Below the pieces are notes generated by a model. It was not told the DNA's origin. It was given only the letters and a program-made list of their open reading frames with translations, and did not search any database. DNA of 62,467 nucleotides from Chiloscyllium plagiosum (lineage: Eukaryota). This document shows, piece by piece, positions 61,510 to 62,467 of this stretch. Positions within the stretch are counted from its first letter, which is position 1. Every line of letters begins with the position of its first letter. Made by a program: the position numbers and the translations under genes. Where the stretch lies: assembly GCF_004010195.1 (NCBI RefSeq), contig NC_057756.1, forward strand, positions 8,450,456 to 8,512,922. The letters run 5' to 3'.

Positions 61510-62085
61510 TGAAGAGTCATAGTGTCCCACAACATGGAGACAGGACCTTTGGCCCAGCTGGTCCATGCCGACCAAAATGTCCATCTACGCTCACCCCATT
61601 TCCCTACACTTGGTCCATATCCTTCTAATCCTTTCCTATCCATGTATTTGTCCTTTTAAATGTTGTTAATGTACCCGCCTCAACCCCTTCCACTGGCAGC
61701 TCATTCCATATGCGTACCACCCTCCGTGTAAAAAAGTTGCCCCTCAGGTTCCCTTTTATTCTTTCCCCCTCTAACCTTAAACTGATGCCCTCTAGTCCTC
61801 GATTCCCCAGCCCTGGGGAAAAGACTGAGTGTGATCACCCTGTCCATGTCCCTCATGATCTTATACACCTCTATAAGGTCACCCCTCAGTCTCCTACGCT
61901 CTAAGGAAAACACTCCGAGCTTGTCCAACCTCTCTCCCTGTAACTCAGACCATTGAGTCCTGGCATCATCCTAATAAATTTCTTCTGCACCCTTTCCAGT
62001 TTCATACCATCCTTCCTACAGCAAGGTGACCAAAACCAAACACAAAACTCCAAGTGCGGCCTCACCAATATCCTGTAGAACTGTA
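61510..62085 (-). mobile_element. CR1 LINE 3' end
   Basis: LVRPHLEFCVWFWSP; KLGVFSLERRRLRGDLIEVYKIMR. Confidence 0.92.
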
Positions 62086-62327
62086 GGTTTATAGATCTGT
62101 AGGTTTTAGTCTGAGGGAGCATTTGGATTGACAACTGGCAAGTAAATTGCACGCCGCACAAATGCCAGGCTATGACCATCACCGATAAAAGACACCTGAC
62201 CACCTTGACAGTCAGTGGCATTACCGTCACAGAATCCCACGCAATCAACATCCTGGGGAGTGTTATCACTGACCAGAAACTCAACTGGAAAAACACAGCA
62301 GGCCAGGCAGCATCCGAGGAGCAGGAG

Positions 62328-62363
62328 AATCGACGTTTCGGGCATAAGCCCTTCTTCAGGAAT
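62328..62363 (-). ncRNA. Minimal hammerhead motif in a Penelope-like terminus (62288-62467)
   Basis: Minus strand AUUC-CUGAAGA-A-GGGC-UUAU-GCCC-GAAA-CGUC-GAUU; stem I imperfect. Confidence 0.55.
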
Positions 62364-62467
62364 GAGGCTGGTGTGCCAGGCGGGATGAGATAAAAGGTAG
62401 GGGGGAGGGAATTTGGGGTACGGGCGCTGGGAATACGATAGGTGGAAGGAGGTGAGGGTGAGGGTGA

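Overview
Repeat-dense, gapped (7 N-runs) eukaryotic DNA. It is almost certainly from a cartilaginous fish: it carries HE1-type tRNA SINEs with CR1-like tails, CR1, L2, Rex1 and Tx1 LINE fragments, and Penelope-like elements. Nearly all ORFs in the supplied track are repeat debris or gap-spanning artefacts. Reading splice signals by eye reveals small exons the track misses. (1) A minus-strand type I membrane receptor: uncharged TM exon (59675-59757) plus four phase-compatible cytoplasmic exons spelling ..EHYINIPNQRKKFQQDSAEINATYTSLKLGEQSVYNEIQRY*, i.e. a YxN motif and a complete ITAM. (2) A plus-strand terminal exon (40258-40386) with two canonical ITIMs (IVYTSV, IVYSVL). The two face each other tail-to-tail across a ~5 kb AT-rich satellite region, suggesting a paired activating/inhibitory immunoreceptor locus. 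Neither ectodomain is securely seen, so the family is unassigned. (3) Upstream on the plus strand, a collinear series of decayed exon-like pieces (CFIHHLIECNWS ... CGPDIWSEWP ... IPDSK) resembles a class I cytokine-receptor relic (low confidence). Also present: minimal hammerhead-ribozyme motifs in Penelope termini, local duplications, and promoter-like and zinc-finger remnants. All calls are by eye; no database searches were run, and repeat boundaries are approximate.
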